Source: Lysobacterales bacterium
Lineage (GTDB): Bacteria; Pseudomonadota; Gammaproteobacteria; Xanthomonadales; SZUA-38
NCBI GenBank assembly: GCA_045106555.1
Contig: JBGCET010000014.1
Span: forward strand, 193,997 to 257,996
Length of the DNA stretch: 64,000 nucleotides
Reading direction: 5' to 3'
This document shows, one piece after another, positions 49,823-59,054 of the stretch (position 1 is the stretch's first letter; each line of letters starts with the position of its first letter). The position numbers and the translations under genes are program-made. The notes beneath the pieces are model-generated. The model was not told the origin of the DNA. It worked only from the letters and a program-made list of their open reading frames with translations, and ran no database searches.

Positions 49823-51624
49823 TGCTCAGCAAACGGACCGCCCGCGGCACCGGCCGGATATTGGCAGTAGCGTTGCTGCTGGTGCCGCTGTCCCCGGTCT
49901 GGGCTCAGAAAGCGGATGGACCTGCAGCCGACCCGTTGTCCTCCGCCATGGCCGATGAGCTGCAGCGCAGCCTGGAGCAACTCAAGCTGGGCGACGAGCC
50001 GCTGCCTTATTACGTGGAATACCGTCTGGAAGATCGCTCCACGCTGGTGGTGAAAGCCACCCTTGGCGCCGTGGCGAATGAAATCTCCAGCCACTACCGC
50101 ACTGGCCACGTGCAGGTGCGCGTGGGTGACTACGCGCTGGACTCGTCGCTGGTGACGCGCTTTGGCCATGGTGGCTCGGCCCTGCATCGGTACTACGCGC
50201 CGAACAACTTTCGCCTGCCGTTGGACAATAACTACCAGGCCGTGCGCCGCTCGTTTTGGTTGGCCACGGACCTGGCGTACAAGCGTGCCTTGGAAGACTA
50301 CGCGGTAAAACTGGCCGACAAACAGGCGATGACCGATCGCGATGGCCTGGTAGACTTTTACCCCGCACCTCGGGTCTCTGTGCAGGAACTGAGTACGCCT
50401 CCAGCCATCGACCCCGCCGAAGCACGTCAGCTGACTCGGTCGTTGTCTAAGGTGTTAGCAGGGTTTCCAGAGCTTTATGAATCTACGGTATGGCTGCAGG
50501 TGCAATATCGGGATATTCGTTATTTGAATTCTGAAGGCAGCGTGTTTCGGCGTCAGGTGCCCGACGTTACCTTAGGCGCCATCGCCAGAACTCAGGCTGA
50601 AGATGGCGCAATCTTATGGGATTTTGAGCAACTGAGAGTTCGAAGCGCTGACGATTTGCCCAATCAACAAGCACTGGCTGAGCAATTGGCTATTCTGGGC
50701 CAACGCTTGACCCAGGCACGCTTAGCCAGCCGGTTGGACCAATATGTGGGCCCAGTGATGTTTGAAGGGCAGGCCGCCGCCATCTTGTTTGCCAATATGT
50801 TTGCCTCTCAGCTGCAGTCGGTGCCCCGCATGGTGGCCTCCGAACCCAACATGCAACCTTGGGTAGCAGACCTGCAGGCGCGCCAGCAGCGGTTCGGTCG
50901 TAAGCTGGGCTCTCGGGTGCTGCCCAGGGGCGCATCGTTGGTGGACGACCCGACCTTGGATCGATTCAACACGTTGCCGCTGATTGGACGCTATCGGGTA
51001 GACGATGAAGGCGTGGCGGGTGTGCGTAAAACGCTGGTGGAGGACGGTCGCCTGAAGCAAATCCTCTCCAGCCGCATACCAATGTATGGCACGACCCAAA
51101 GCACGGGTAACAGCCGGGGCGGCTTTCCCATGCCCGGTAACCTGGTATTGACCAGTGACGTTGCCGCCAATAGCGAAGAGCGAGCTGAGCTGCTGGAAGA
51201 ATTGCGTATCGACGCCGGCACGGATTTTGTGGTGATTGTGGAAAAGCTGGCTGACCCCCAGGCCCAGCGTCAGCTGCAATCCATGCAAAGCGTGGCCATG
51301 TTCAATTACGGCGAGCGCCTGCCCGAGGCGCTGGTAGCCTGGCGCCAGTTTCCCGACGGTCGGCGAGAGCGCATCAGAAACCTGAATATTGAACGATTTG
51401 CGGTGCGGGAATTTCGCCGCCTGGAAGCCATTGGGGACGACCATTACGTGCACTCCATGACGCCGTCCTTTCCCAGCGGCGGGTATTTTTTGGCGGGTGT
51501 TCGCGGTCGTCTTGAGCCAGCCAGTTATGTGGTCCCCAGCCTATTGTTCGAAGAGTTGGCCATTGCCGACAGCAAAACCATGGACCGTCGCCCGCCGGTA
51601 TTACCGCGCCCACCATCACCCTGA
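49819..51624 (+). CDS. exported TldD/PmbA(TldE)-family protein lacking the zinc motif
   Basis: Signal peptide ending VWA-QK. It is collinear with the upstream paralogue (YRVDDEGV..., GNSRGGF), but the HExxxH position is not conserved. Its start overlaps the upstream stop (ATGA). Confidence 0.75.
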   Translation: MMLSKRTARGTGRILAVALLLVPLSPVWAQKADGPAADPLSSAMADELQRSLEQLKLGDEPLPYYVEYRLEDRSTLVVKATLGAVANEISSHYRTGHVQVRVGDYALDSSLVTRFGHGGSALHRYYAPNNFRLPLDNNYQAVRRSFWLATDLAYKRALEDYAVKLADKQAMTDRDGLVDFYPAPRVSVQELSTPPAIDPAEARQLTRSLSKVLAGFPELYESTVWLQVQYRDIRYLNSEGSVFRRQVPDVTLGAIARTQAEDGAILWDFEQLRVRSADDLPNQQALAEQLAILGQRLTQARLASRLDQYVGPVMFEGQAAAILFANMFASQLQSVPRMVASEPNMQPWVADLQARQQRFGRKLGSRVLPRGASLVDDPTLDRFNTLPLIGRYRVDDEGVAGVRKTLVEDGRLKQILSSRIPMYGTTQSTGNSRGGFPMPGNLVLTSDVAANSEERAELLEELRIDAGTDFVVIVEKLADPQAQRQLQSMQSVAMFNYGERLPEALVAWRQFPDGRRERIRNLNIERFAVREFRRLEAIGDDHYVHSMTPSFPSGGYFLAGVRGRLEPASYVVPSLLFEELAIADSKTMDRRPPVLPRPPSP

Positions 51625-51832
51625 AACCGGGGCATAGGCTCTACAGCGGTTGATCGCCAAGGGCAGATTTATGGCCCTTTTGGCACTTACTAAAAACTAA
51701 TTGCACGCTGGATGCTAATTACCTGTAACCAATCCGTTTTCCGCGTCGTCTAAGGGGACAAAGCATGCAAAAGGGGACGCCTGCCAGCGTGGCCTTTGCC
51801 TGTCGCCAAGCCACGCAAGCTGAGGAGGTACA

Positions 51833-53149
51833 GTGTCGCAGGCCCTTGAAACACCCAATGCCCAACCCGGGCTGAAAATTGCTGATACGTCTGCTCAAGA
51901 TGTGTCGGTTGCTCCGAAAAATCCACTGCAGCGCTGGTTGATTCCCGGTGTCGCCTTGCTCGTGCTGTTAGCCCTTGCCTGGTGGGCCTACCCCATGGTG
52001 CAACGCTGGGCGGGTTCCAGCGTGTCGGTGCCACTGGATCGGCTGCGCGTAGCGACCGTGAGTCGAGGCAATCTGGTGCGTGATGTGTCCGTACAAGGCC
52101 AGGTTGTGGCGGCGGTAAGCCCAACGGTTTTCGCTCCCGCTGATGGCACAATCACGCTGCTGACCGAAGCCGGTGCCAGTGTGGAGAAAGACCAGGTGCT
52201 GGCCAGATTGGACAGCCCGGAGCTAACCAATCGCCTACAGCAGGAAGAAGCGAACTTACAGCGTCTCGATGTGGCTTTGCAGCGCCAGCGTATTGAAAGC
52301 CGGCAGAAGTCCCTCGACAACCAGCGCGTTGTTGATCTGGCGTCCGTGACCCTCGAGGCAGCCGACCGGGAAAAACGTCGAGCCGACGCCGGATACAAGA
52401 TTTCGTCTATTTCTGCCATTGATTTTGAAAAAGCTCAGGACGATCTGCGCAATGCCGAGCTATCTCACACTCACGCGGTAGCCAACGCGGCGTTGGACGA
52501 GGAGCGATTGGCATTTGAGTTACAAACCCGGGAGCTGGAGGTAGAAGGCCAAAAGTTGCTGGTGGATGATCTGACTCGACAGGTGGGCGACCTGGCATTG
52601 ATTTCGCCGGTTACCGGTGTGGTGGGCAATTTACTGGTTGAGCAAAAAGCGGCAGTGGCACGCAACATCGGTGTGCTGACCGTGGTGGACCTGACCGTCT
52701 TTGAGGTGGAAGCCCAAGTGCCCGAGAGCTATGCCGATGATGTCGGCCTTGGCATGGTGGCGGAAATTAACGTGGGCAATGAAATGTGGCCAGCCCAGGT
52801 TGTGGCGGTATCGCCGGAGATTGTGGCAAATCAAGTAACCACACGACTGCGTTTTTCCGGCGACCGTTCGCCCTCGGTACGCCAAAACCAACGGTTGACT
52901 ACCCGAATATTGCTGGAAGAACGGCCCGATGTACTTACCCTTCGCCGCGGCCAGTTTCTCGATACCGGTGGTGGCCGTATCGCCTACGTTTTGGGTGACG
53001 ATTATGTGGCCCGACGGCGCGCTATTGAGGTGGGTGCGCGGTCTTTGAGCGATGTAGAAATTGTGTCCGGCCTTGAGCCTGGCGAGCGAGTGGTGGTGTC
53101 GAGTATTGATGCCTTCCGCAGCGCTGATTCTGTTCTTGTTACCCAATAA
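51833..53149 (+). CDS. HlyD/MacA-type periplasmic adaptor protein
   Basis: The GTG is preceded by GAGGAGG. It has one N-terminal TM helix, a long coiled-coil and a beta-barrel C-terminus. Confidence 0.85.
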   Translation: MSQALETPNAQPGLKIADTSAQDVSVAPKNPLQRWLIPGVALLVLLALAWWAYPMVQRWAGSSVSVPLDRLRVATVSRGNLVRDVSVQGQVVAAVSPTVFAPADGTITLLTEAGASVEKDQVLARLDSPELTNRLQQEEANLQRLDVALQRQRIESRQKSLDNQRVVDLASVTLEAADREKRRADAGYKISSISAIDFEKAQDDLRNAELSHTHAVANAALDEERLAFELQTRELEVEGQKLLVDDLTRQVGDLALISPVTGVVGNLLVEQKAAVARNIGVLTVVDLTVFEVEAQVPESYADDVGLGMVAEINVGNEMWPAQVVAVSPEIVANQVTTRLRFSGDRSPSVRQNQRLTTRILLEERPDVLTLRRGQFLDTGGGRIAYVLGDDYVARRRAIEVGARSLSDVEIVSGLEPGERVVVSSIDAFRSADSVLVTQ

Positions 53150-53168
53150 CTGATTCCTGGAGAAAACC

Positions 53169-53870
53169 ATGCTGAGCATGCAGAACGTTGCCAAAATTTA
53201 TCGCACCGACACGGTGGAAACCCACGCCCTGCGGGAATTTTCCATGGACGTAGGGGAGGGGGAGTTTGTGGCGGTAACCGGGCCTTCAGGTTCGGGTAAA
53301 ACCACTTTCCTGAACATCGCAGGACTGCTGGAGACCTTTGACAACGGCACCTATAGTCTGGATGGAAAAGACGTTTCCGGGTTGAACGACGCCCAACGTT
53401 CCAATGTGCGCAACGAAAAAATTGGCTTCATTTTCCAGAGTTTCAACTTGATCCCCGACCTGAACGTGTTTGACAACGTGGACGTGCCGCTACGTTATCG
53501 TGGCTTCAAAGCGGCAGACCGCCGCCAACGTATCCAGGGGGTGCTGGAAACCGTGGGCCTTGGATCCCGAGCAAAGCATCTACCCTCCCAGCTATCGGGA
53601 GGACAGCAACAACGTGTGGCCATCGCCAGGGCGCTGGCTGGCCAGCCGCGATTCTTGCTGGCTGATGAGCCTACAGGAAACCTGGACTCGCAAATGGCGG
53701 CCAGCGTTATGGGCCTTCTGACCGAAATTAACCAAACGGGTACCACCATCATTATGGTGACCCACGACCCATCGCTGGCCCAGCAGGCCACTCGCAATAT
53801 TTTTGTTCGCGACGGTCAGGTGAGTGAAGATAACCAGGTGCAGCCGCTGCCTGAAGCGGCCACGGCTTAA
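53169..53870 (+). CDS. ABC transporter ATP-binding protein (MacB/LolD-type)
   Basis: Walker A GPSGSGKTT, signature LSGGQQQRVAIARAL and Walker B LLADEPTGNLD. Confidence 0.92.
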   Translation: MLSMQNVAKIYRTDTVETHALREFSMDVGEGEFVAVTGPSGSGKTTFLNIAGLLETFDNGTYSLDGKDVSGLNDAQRSNVRNEKIGFIFQSFNLIPDLNVFDNVDVPLRYRGFKAADRRQRIQGVLETVGLGSRAKHLPSQLSGGQQQRVAIARALAGQPRFLLADEPTGNLDSQMAASVMGLLTEINQTGTTIIMVTHDPSLAQQATRNIFVRDGQVSEDNQVQPLPEAATA

Positions 53871-53874
53871 GGTC

Positions 53875-55185
53875 ATGTTTCAGTACTACATCAAGCTGGG
53901 GTGGCTTAGCATCCTGCGTAATCCGATATTAAGCCTGCTGATGGTGATGGCCATTGCGGTGGGTATTGGCGCCTGCATGACCGTGTTGACGGTGAATTAC
54001 ATGATGTCCAGCAATCCGATTCCGCATAAGTCGGATCAGCTGTTTTATGTGCAGGTGGACAGCTGGGATGCCAATGGGTTTGAAGACGGTGACGACCCGG
54101 TAGACCAGATGACCTACTTGGATGCGATGGCCCTAATGAAGGCCAAAAAGGCTTTCAGACAAACCGCCAGCGCCCGGGCAGGTTTGGTGCTAGAGCCCGA
54201 GCAGGAAGACGAACGCCCTTTTTTGGTGGACGTGAGAACCACCCACGCCGATTTTTTTCCTATGTTCGACCTGCCATTTCAGTATGGCTCTGGCTGGGAT
54301 TCATCCGCCGATGACGCGATAGAGCAGGTTGTGGTGTTAAGCCGAGAAATTAACGAGCGGGTGTTTGGCGGCGAAGATTCGGTGGGCCGGCGAATCACCC
54401 TCAGCGGGCTCAATTATCGGGTGGTTGGGGTCGTCGATACCTGGAGCCCCATCGTGAAGTTTTACGACGTGACTAACGGTGCGTTTAACGAACCCGAAGA
54501 TATCTATATTCCGTTTAGCCTGATGGTGGCGAACGAGATGTCGCGCAATGGCAACACCAACTGCTGGAAAGAACCCGATAGCGATGGCTTTGAAGGTTTC
54601 CTTGCCGGTGAGTGTGCCTGGATACAGTTTTGGGCCGAACTGCGCAATAACTCTGAAAAAGATGAGTACATGACCTTCCTGAATGCTTACGCCGAAGAAC
54701 AAAAAGCGTTGGGCCGGTTTCCCCGGCCGCTGAACAATCGGCTGAACAATGTCATGGAGTGGATGGAAGATCAGGAAGTGGTGGCGGAAGACGCCCGCGT
54801 AATGATGTGGCTGGCCCTGCTGTTCCTGTTGGTGTGTTTGCTGAACACCATTGGATTGCTGCTGGCGAAGTTTCTGGGTAAATCTGGAGACATCGGCCTG
54901 CGTCGGGCCTTGGGTGCTACCAAGGGCACGCTGTTTACCCAGCACCTTATAGAATCGGGAATGATTGGGTTGGCCGGCGGCCTGGTGGGGCTGGCGTTAA
55001 CTTGGCTGGGCCTACAGGGCGTGCAGAAACTGTTTGGCGAGTTCATCCAGAACTTTGCCACGCTGGATTGGGTGATGATGCTAACCGCTCTGGGCCTGGC
55101 CGTTGTCTCGGCTCTTCTGGCCGGCCTGTATCCCACTTGGCGGGCCTGCAATATTGCGCCTGCCAGTCAGCTGAAAACTCAATAG
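53875..55185 (+). CDS. ABC transporter permease, FtsX/MacB type with periplasmic domain
   Basis: TM1, a large periplasmic domain and a C-terminal FtsX 3-TM bundle (RRALGATKGTLFTQ). The start is taken at the in-frame Met MFQYYIKLG. Confidence 0.85.
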   Translation: MFQYYIKLGWLSILRNPILSLLMVMAIAVGIGACMTVLTVNYMMSSNPIPHKSDQLFYVQVDSWDANGFEDGDDPVDQMTYLDAMALMKAKKAFRQTASARAGLVLEPEQEDERPFLVDVRTTHADFFPMFDLPFQYGSGWDSSADDAIEQVVVLSREINERVFGGEDSVGRRITLSGLNYRVVGVVDTWSPIVKFYDVTNGAFNEPEDIYIPFSLMVANEMSRNGNTNCWKEPDSDGFEGFLAGECAWIQFWAELRNNSEKDEYMTFLNAYAEEQKALGRFPRPLNNRLNNVMEWMEDQEVVAEDARVMMWLALLFLLVCLLNTIGLLLAKFLGKSGDIGLRRALGATKGTLFTQHLIESGMIGLAGGLVGLALTWLGLQGVQKLFGEFIQNFATLDWVMMLTALGLAVVSALLAGLYPTWRACNIAPASQLKTQ

Positions 55186-55200
55186 GGGACGGAGACAGAC

Positions 55201-56412
55201 ATGGAAATTGGACCGATCTGGCGCGCCATGACGCGCAACAAAACCGGCGCAATTTTAATTGCGCTGCAAATCGCCGTCACCATGGCCATTATGGTGAATG
55301 CCATTGCCATAATTCAGGAGCGAAGCCGCCTGATGGCTCGCCCTAGCGGCGTGGACGAACCCAACGTGTTCTTTTTAAGCAGTGTGGGTTTTGGCGAGGG
55401 CTTTAACGAACGCCTGGCTATTGCCGAAGACCTGGATGCCATCCGAAATACTCCAGGGGTAGTGAATGCCATGCAGTCCAATTCCATTCCTCTATCAGGT
55501 GGCGGATGGTCCATGGGCCTGCAAACCGAAACTGGAGATGAGGCAGAGTCCACCGGGGTTGCGGTGTATTTTGTTGATGAGCATGGTCTGGATACATTGG
55601 GTGTGGAGTTGCTGGCAGGAGAGAACTTCAGCACCAACGATATTGATTGGCGAGAGCGCCAGGCCAACGACTGGCCGGCCAAGGTACTGCTAACCAAAGC
55701 CATGGCCGAAACCCTGTTCCCAGATGATTTTATGGAAGCCATCGGCAACACGGTGTACATCAACGGTAATGAACCCATGACGGTAACCGGCCTGGTGAAG
55801 CAGCTACAGGCACCGTGGAACGGCTGGAACGGCGTTGAGCGGGTGATGTTGGTTCCCAGCCATACGCTGTTTGGTTCAACTCGCTATATCATCCGCGCCG
55901 AGCCTGGCCAGCGCGATCGGCTGATGCCGGAAATTGAGGAGATGCTGGCTGAAAGCAATCGTAACCGCATCATTCGCGGCACCCGCTCCATGGAAGAAAA
56001 CCGCCAGCGCAGCTACGAGGGCGATCAGGGCATGGTGCGAATGCTGATCTTTGTGGTTACTCTGCTGACGGCGATTACAGGTTTGGGCATTGTTGGCCTG
56101 GCCAGCTTCAGCGTTAGCCGGCGCACCCGACAGATTGGCACCCGGCGCGCACTGGGCGCCACCAAGAGCGCCATACTGCGCTACTTCATGACCGAGAACT
56201 TCATGATCAGCCTGATTGGCGTCGTGGTGGGCGGTGCGCTGGCAGTTGGGCTAAACATGTGGATGGTGGATGAGTTTGGTTTATCGCCGCTGAAATGGAT
56301 GCTGGTACCCACAGCCATGGTATTGCTGCTGATTGTTGGTCAGATTGCCGTGCTGGGCCCCGCCAGGCGGGCCGCCTCAGTGCCGCCCGCGGTGGCTACG
56401 CGTAACGTTTAA
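55201..56412 (+). CDS. ABC transporter permease, FtsX/MacB type (second paralogue)
   Basis: Same architecture as the upstream permease; RRALGATKSAILRYF FtsX motif. Confidence 0.85.
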   Translation: MEIGPIWRAMTRNKTGAILIALQIAVTMAIMVNAIAIIQERSRLMARPSGVDEPNVFFLSSVGFGEGFNERLAIAEDLDAIRNTPGVVNAMQSNSIPLSGGGWSMGLQTETGDEAESTGVAVYFVDEHGLDTLGVELLAGENFSTNDIDWRERQANDWPAKVLLTKAMAETLFPDDFMEAIGNTVYINGNEPMTVTGLVKQLQAPWNGWNGVERVMLVPSHTLFGSTRYIIRAEPGQRDRLMPEIEEMLAESNRNRIIRGTRSMEENRQRSYEGDQGMVRMLIFVVTLLTAITGLGIVGLASFSVSRRTRQIGTRRALGATKSAILRYFMTENFMISLIGVVVGGALAVGLNMWMVDEFGLSPLKWMLVPTAMVLLLIVGQIAVLGPARRAASVPPAVATRNV

Positions 56413-56416
56413 TTGC

Positions 56417-57028
56417 TTACTCAAACCCGTCGGCGAATACCACGGGGATGAGTGACAAACCTAAAATAGGGGTGAGCGCCTGCCAAGACCGACAGTCCTG
56501 AGCAGGCGCGCAGTCTTCGATGACAAACGCCCGCATGATCACACTGCCACTGCCATTGCCACTGCTTGGCGGGTTCCATAAGAACACCAGTTCTGCTTGA
56601 TCTTTAACCGTGGCGTGAGTGTGTGAAATGGCCCACTCACCGCAGTTGGCTGGCGCGGGCACGAACTGAAAGTTGCCGCTGGGTGGGAGCTCAAACTGAC
56701 CCGCCCCAACGCCGGCCCCAGACAACGCCCAAAGCAATACCCCGCGAACCATCCGTAGCGGATCAGCGTTGCGCACGCGAACAACGGCTGGCCGGCCAGC
56801 GCGATAGCCATTGCCATCGACCGCTAACGTCCAGCCTGTGGGTGGCGGACTTGCCAGCGTTGTAGCCATTTCCTGCAGCGGCAGATTGTTGACTTGGCAA
56901 ATGGGTGAGCCCTGGGAGAAAGCGCCGACCTGCTGGCTTGCCAGAGCGGCGCCCAGTAGGGTTGCATTCACCACGGCGCGCCGTGTCCACAGCGTAAATT
57001 TCAAAGCCCTGAAGGCGAGTAAATTCAT
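56417..57028 (-). CDS. exported Reeler-like domain protein
   Basis: Signal peptide. The pattern C..N.L..M ... Y.AG.P..V.V ... V.GVLLWA ... G.F ... C..WAISHT ... LVFLW.PP ... V.MRAFV follows the eukaryotic Reeler-domain pattern as I recall it. Confidence 0.5.
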   Translation of the reverse strand: MNLLAFRALKFTLWTRRAVVNATLLGAALASQQVGAFSQGSPICQVNNLPLQEMATTLASPPPTGWTLAVDGNGYRAGRPAVVRVRNADPLRMVRGVLLWALSGAGVGAGQFELPPSGNFQFVPAPANCGEWAISHTHATVKDQAELVFLWNPPSSGNGSGSVIMRAFVIEDCAPAQDCRSWQALTPILGLSLIPVVFADGFE

Positions 57029-57204
57029 GGGGTCGTTTTATCAGCCAACGGCGTGTCAGTCGTTAAAGTTACGTAAAACCCTGGGCAATTCTGCCGCTCG
57101 GGTCCAATGTAAATGTGACGCAGTGCACGAATTTGGCTGTCAAGTCTTTTCCCCACCATGATCTACGGCTAGCGTCTGTGGCATGAAGCTAAGGACCCTC
57201 GCTG

Positions 57205-59052
57205 ATGGACGTTTTTCAGAAACACTTGTCACCCTTGTTTCGCTCTCTCGCCTTACTCGCGGGTATCACGTGTGGCTTTGCCAGCGCGGCCGCCACAGAC
57301 GCAACCAAAGGCGCAGCACCGGATCTGATTTTTGCGTCGGATTTCGAGGGCGTCAGTAGCGGTGCGCTGACCTCCGAACAGGCAGCGCGCTTCCTGACTC
57401 AGGCCACCTTTGGACCGACTCTTGAAGAGATTGACCGCGTGCGGGCTATGGGCATCGATGCGTGGATCGCCGAACAAAATCAGCAGCCGGCCTCGCGCCA
57501 GCTGCCGTTCCTGGATAACCTGATCCAACAGGCCATCAATGCCGGCCAGTCGATTGAGGTATGGCAGGACAAGCGGCAGGAAATTTGGTGGCGCAATGTG
57601 CTGCAGGAGCCGGACCAGCTGCGCCAGCGGATGGCGTTTGCCTTGTCGCAAATTTTAGTTGTTAGCGACCAAAACGGCGCCCTGGAGGGCAACCCCACAG
57701 CGCTGGCTAACTTCTACGACATGCTGGCTGAAAACGCCTTTGGCAACTATCGAGACCTGCTTCTACAGACGACCTTGAACCCGGCCATGGGTCATTACTT
57801 GTCGATGTTTAGAAACCGTCGCCCGGATGAGTCGTTGAACATTCGCCCGGACGAAAACTATGCCCGCGAAATCATGCAGCTGTTCAGCGTGGGTTTGATT
57901 CAGCTTAACCCCGATGGCACCGCGGTGGACGGCGACGCCGGAACGCCTGGCATTCAAGCGGTACCCGCCTACGACCAAGACACCATTCGGGGTTTTGCCC
58001 ATGTGTTTACCGGTTGGAACTACTCCACCTGTGACGCCATTCAGCCAGAAGGCAATGAGGAAGGGTTTAACTGGTGGGCGTGGGAGTATTGCAGCGCTGG
58101 CGAAGAAAATCAGGACTGGCGGATACAGGCCGGTTGGCGCACCCCCATGCGTCCCTGGGATGAAGGGAGTGATCTGGGTGAGGTTTACCACGCGGTGGAT
58201 GGCAGCAAACAGCTATTGGATTACCCAGGTGTGACGTTAGCCGGCGGCGTCTTGCCTGCTGGCGGAACGGCCAGAAGCAATATGGACGCGGCCATAGACA
58301 ACATCTTTAATCACCCCAACGTTGGCCCATTTCTCTCGAGACGATTGATTCAACGTTTCACCACCAGCAATCCAACCCCGGCTTACGTAGGCAGAGTGGC
58401 CGCGGCGTTTAACAACAACGGTAGCGGCGTTCGCGGCGACATGGGTGCGGTGGCGCGGGCGATATTGACCGACCCGGAAGCCCGAGATCCGCAACAGGCA
58501 CCGAGCTATTTCGGCAAGCTTCGTGAGCCGCTCCTGAGAGTGAGCCAACTGTGGCGTGCGCTGGACGGACGTTCCAGCGATGGACGTATTCGCGAAGGCT
58601 GGCCCGACAATTACGGCGCCCAAGCCGTGCAGCGCTCACCCACCGTGTTTAACTTTTTCCTGCCCGATTATCAGCTTCCCGGTGAGCTGAGAGACGCCGG
58701 CCTGTTTGCGCCGGAATTTCAAATCACCACTGACACGTACCTGCTCAGGATGACCAACACTCTGGGCGGTAAGGTGTTTTGGGAATATCAGGGCAACGAC
58801 AATATCTTGAGTTACGACCCGGTGGCGGTAAGCCTGGAGCGAGAGCTCGCGATGGCAGAGAACGCCACCCAACTGGTAAGCCACATCAACCTGCTGTTTA
58901 TGGCCGGGCAGATGTCGCAGCAGATGTACGATTTGTTGGTAGCCCACGTGGAGTCTATCGGCGTGGACTCCTGGGAGGGCTGGGCCAGGGAGCGTGTTCA
59001 AGATGCTCTATGGCTGACGTTGACGTCCCCTGAATATGTGGTGGAGAAATAA
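57205..59052 (+). CDS. DUF1800-family exported protein
   Basis: 615 aa with a signal peptide. Strings such as RMAFALSQILVVS, NYARE(I)MQLFS(V)G and HVFTGW are typical of DUF1800. It is paired with DUF1501. Confidence 0.8.
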   Translation: MDVFQKHLSPLFRSLALLAGITCGFASAAATDATKGAAPDLIFASDFEGVSSGALTSEQAARFLTQATFGPTLEEIDRVRAMGIDAWIAEQNQQPASRQLPFLDNLIQQAINAGQSIEVWQDKRQEIWWRNVLQEPDQLRQRMAFALSQILVVSDQNGALEGNPTALANFYDMLAENAFGNYRDLLLQTTLNPAMGHYLSMFRNRRPDESLNIRPDENYAREIMQLFSVGLIQLNPDGTAVDGDAGTPGIQAVPAYDQDTIRGFAHVFTGWNYSTCDAIQPEGNEEGFNWWAWEYCSAGEENQDWRIQAGWRTPMRPWDEGSDLGEVYHAVDGSKQLLDYPGVTLAGGVLPAGGTARSNMDAAIDNIFNHPNVGPFLSRRLIQRFTTSNPTPAYVGRVAAAFNNNGSGVRGDMGAVARAILTDPEARDPQQAPSYFGKLREPLLRVSQLWRALDGRSSDGRIREGWPDNYGAQAVQRSPTVFNFFLPDYQLPGELRDAGLFAPEFQITTDTYLLRMTNTLGGKVFWEYQGNDNILSYDPVAVSLERELAMAENATQLVSHINLLFMAGQMSQQMYDLLVAHVESIGVDSWEGWARERVQDALWLTLTSPEYVVEK

Positions 59053-59054
59053 TT

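Noticed and set aside
51765-51875. 36-aa ORF (MQKGTPASVAFACRQATQAEEVQCRRPLKHPMPNPG) with an AGGGGA RBS in the gap between the TldD-like pair and the ABC exporter, considered as a possible precursor peptide.
   Set aside because: It overlaps the well-supported GTG start and GAGGAGG RBS of the HlyD adaptor gene in another frame. It has no leader/core features that I recognise. It is too speculative without conservation data.
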